Source: Octopus sinensis
Lineage: Eukaryota
Assembly (NCBI RefSeq): GCF_006345805.1
Contig: NC_042997.1
Location: 161,758,001 to 161,822,000 of the forward strand
Reading direction: 5' to 3'
DNA length: 64,000 bases
Of this stretch, positions 1 through 64,000 are shown in pieces (positions within the stretch are counted from its first letter, which is position 1; every line of letters starts with the position of its first letter). The translations under genes and the position numbers were made by a program. The notes beneath the pieces are model-generated. The model saw nothing but the letters and a program-made list of their open reading frames with translations, was not told the DNA's origin and ran no database searches.

Positions 1-558
1 AACATATCTGGCTTGTTTTAAAATTATATGAAGGGTATGCTACAAATGTTTAGAGGATATGGAGTAATGGCAACGTTAATCCTGTAACTTCCGTGTTCAA
101 AAAAGTTTTAAAACTTTACAAATAATACGGAGCATTGCAGTAACAAATATATTAAGCTGCAAAACGGAGAGACGTTATACATTGGCCATAATTACATTGA
201 GGAAGAAGAATAAAACAAAAGGATGTAATCATGTTCGTAAATAAGCATAATAATTATAAAACCATGTTGATTAATACACAGGAAGCGAAAATGTTGCCTA
301 CAAACCAGACCACTGGAATTAAGCGCACTAGAAGAGTAGAATTATCTCGCATTTGTAATTTGCAATGCATTGCATCATATTTATTAAGGATTATGCACAT
401 TGATGAGCGTTTATGCGTGCATATTATAACAGGCAGATCTATATAATATAAATGCCTGAAATCATAAGTAATCCGTGTATTTAAATGCCTAAATTTTACA
501 TATAGGATAGTGAAGTCAAACATAGAAAGCAACTGAGATTATTTCATATGCCACTCAC

Positions 559-62376
<61,818 letters not shown>

Positions 62377-62947
62377 CTGTGGAATTAATAAACACGGAGT
62401 TAAAATTTCAGAAGATACTTTATAAATGAATACATGATTATGCGTATTATGTGTTTATATGTATCAGGCGTATTATGCGATTATATGAAAAGGTGTATGG
62501 ATAGCTGCTCAAAACAATTGATCGAAATACTACACACTGAGAATAATTCACCAAACTACTACTTATAGAAAATAGAAAAATAACAGCTTATCAAAGTAAC
62601 AGAGGCCCCAGTCAATAATTAATTGAATGTATTTGAAACAGTAATTATTTTGTTTCGTTTTAAGAAAAAAACTATAAGTCAAAATGTAAAAACTGATGCA
62701 ATTTACATCGGCCTGTGTGTGCGCGTATTAATTAGTTATACAATCAAAATCATTACCATGATTTTAAGTCATTAATTCAATTATAACAAATTTTAAATTA
62801 GCAGCGATGGTTGGGGAAAAAAGAGATGTTAACATGAACTACAGATATGTTCAGACTACAAAAATAAGACACACACATGTGTGTGTGTGTGCTCATGTAT
62901 GTGTGCCTTTATACAAACGTACATATATATGCGTACAAGTATGAGTG

Positions 62948-62999
<52 letters not shown>

Positions 63000-63432
63000 C
63001 AGACATACACACACATACTTACATATATACACACACACACACATATATGTAGTAAATTGCATGAGAGATAATGTTTAATGGGATTGCCTCAAAGCATGCA
63101 ACTACTTTTTCTTCCAGCACTACTGTGAGAACAACATCATCTGCACTATGCAGAAAATATACCGATAAAAACACCCAAACCATCGTAACATGACGTCGAA
63201 AACGCAGCCAAGGCTTGGATCTTGTGCCACGTGATACTAACACTTATACGGTGCATCTCTTTTATCTTAACCGGTCGAACTATATTTAACATTATCACGA
63301 AACAAATCAAGGGAGGGTGGAATACCACATAACATTCAGGCGATACCTGCACGATTCTCCCAGTGGAACATCAGAAAATATATTTATTCATGTGCTTAAA
63401 AATATAAATGTTGGTATACATACATACATACA

Positions 63433-63466
<34 letters not shown>

Positions 63467-64000
63467 CATACGTACATACGTACATACGTACATACACACA
63501 TACATATATAACCTTAGTAAAATCATTATCACAGTGATAAGTTTGTTATTTTGCAATATGTCTTCTAACTACATTTATGAAGAACCTTCTTTGAATCGAC
63601 TGATGAAAATCTTTCAAAAATTCTTCAGCATTTGAAACTAGTAGGAAGTACTTCCAAAATTTATATTCAATTAATACAAGTCTCTATCAATATTATCAAT
63701 TAGGAAAATAAAGGAAAGTTTATATCCTGACAAATATATTGTGAATTATGTAACATATTCTATTTATATTGAAGCTTACATATATTCCTACGGATGTATA
63801 CATGTATGTATGAATATACATACATATATATACACATATATATATATACGCACGCATATATATACATATGTATATATATATATAAACATATACATATAAA
63901 TACATATGTATATATATATATGTACGTATATACATATATATACATATATACGTATGCACATTATATATATATATATATATAAATACACATATCGTATATA

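Overview
AT-rich, microsatellite-dense eukaryotic DNA. The repeat content (a tRNA-derived SINE, a mariner and TA-embedded Penelope-type ends) resembles what I recall from octopus genomes, but the organism is an inference. The supplied ORF track is almost all noise from (TA)n/(CA)n tracts and introns. The real content is an internal segment of one giant minus-strand gene built from micro-exons. I read 62 candidates between 559 and 62376: 57 intact 30-nt exons, 2 intact 24-nt exons, 2 of 29 nt (probable consensus errors) and 1 with a dead donor, plus 2 further decayed remnants. Each intact exon has AG/GT sites, reads open in phase 1-1 and ends in G. Two exon classes alternate: 'E-I/V-V-T-E-x-x-x-R-x' and 'E-x-P/R-S-E-V-E-S-T-V'. 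Together they encode an acidic, Thr/Ser/Val/Glu-rich 60-aa repeat ([60 protein letters not shown]). The locus grew hierarchically: exon pair, six-exon unit, an old ~19-kb block duplication, and a young homogenised array of ~5-5.7-kb units (34.2-60.9 kb). Introns carry a decayed mariner with a nested SINE, a MITE, a Penelope GIY-YIG fragment, several minimal hammerhead-ribozyme motifs, foldback palindromes in (TA)n tracts and long inverted repeats. No start or stop codon of the gene lies in the window, and I cannot name the protein.
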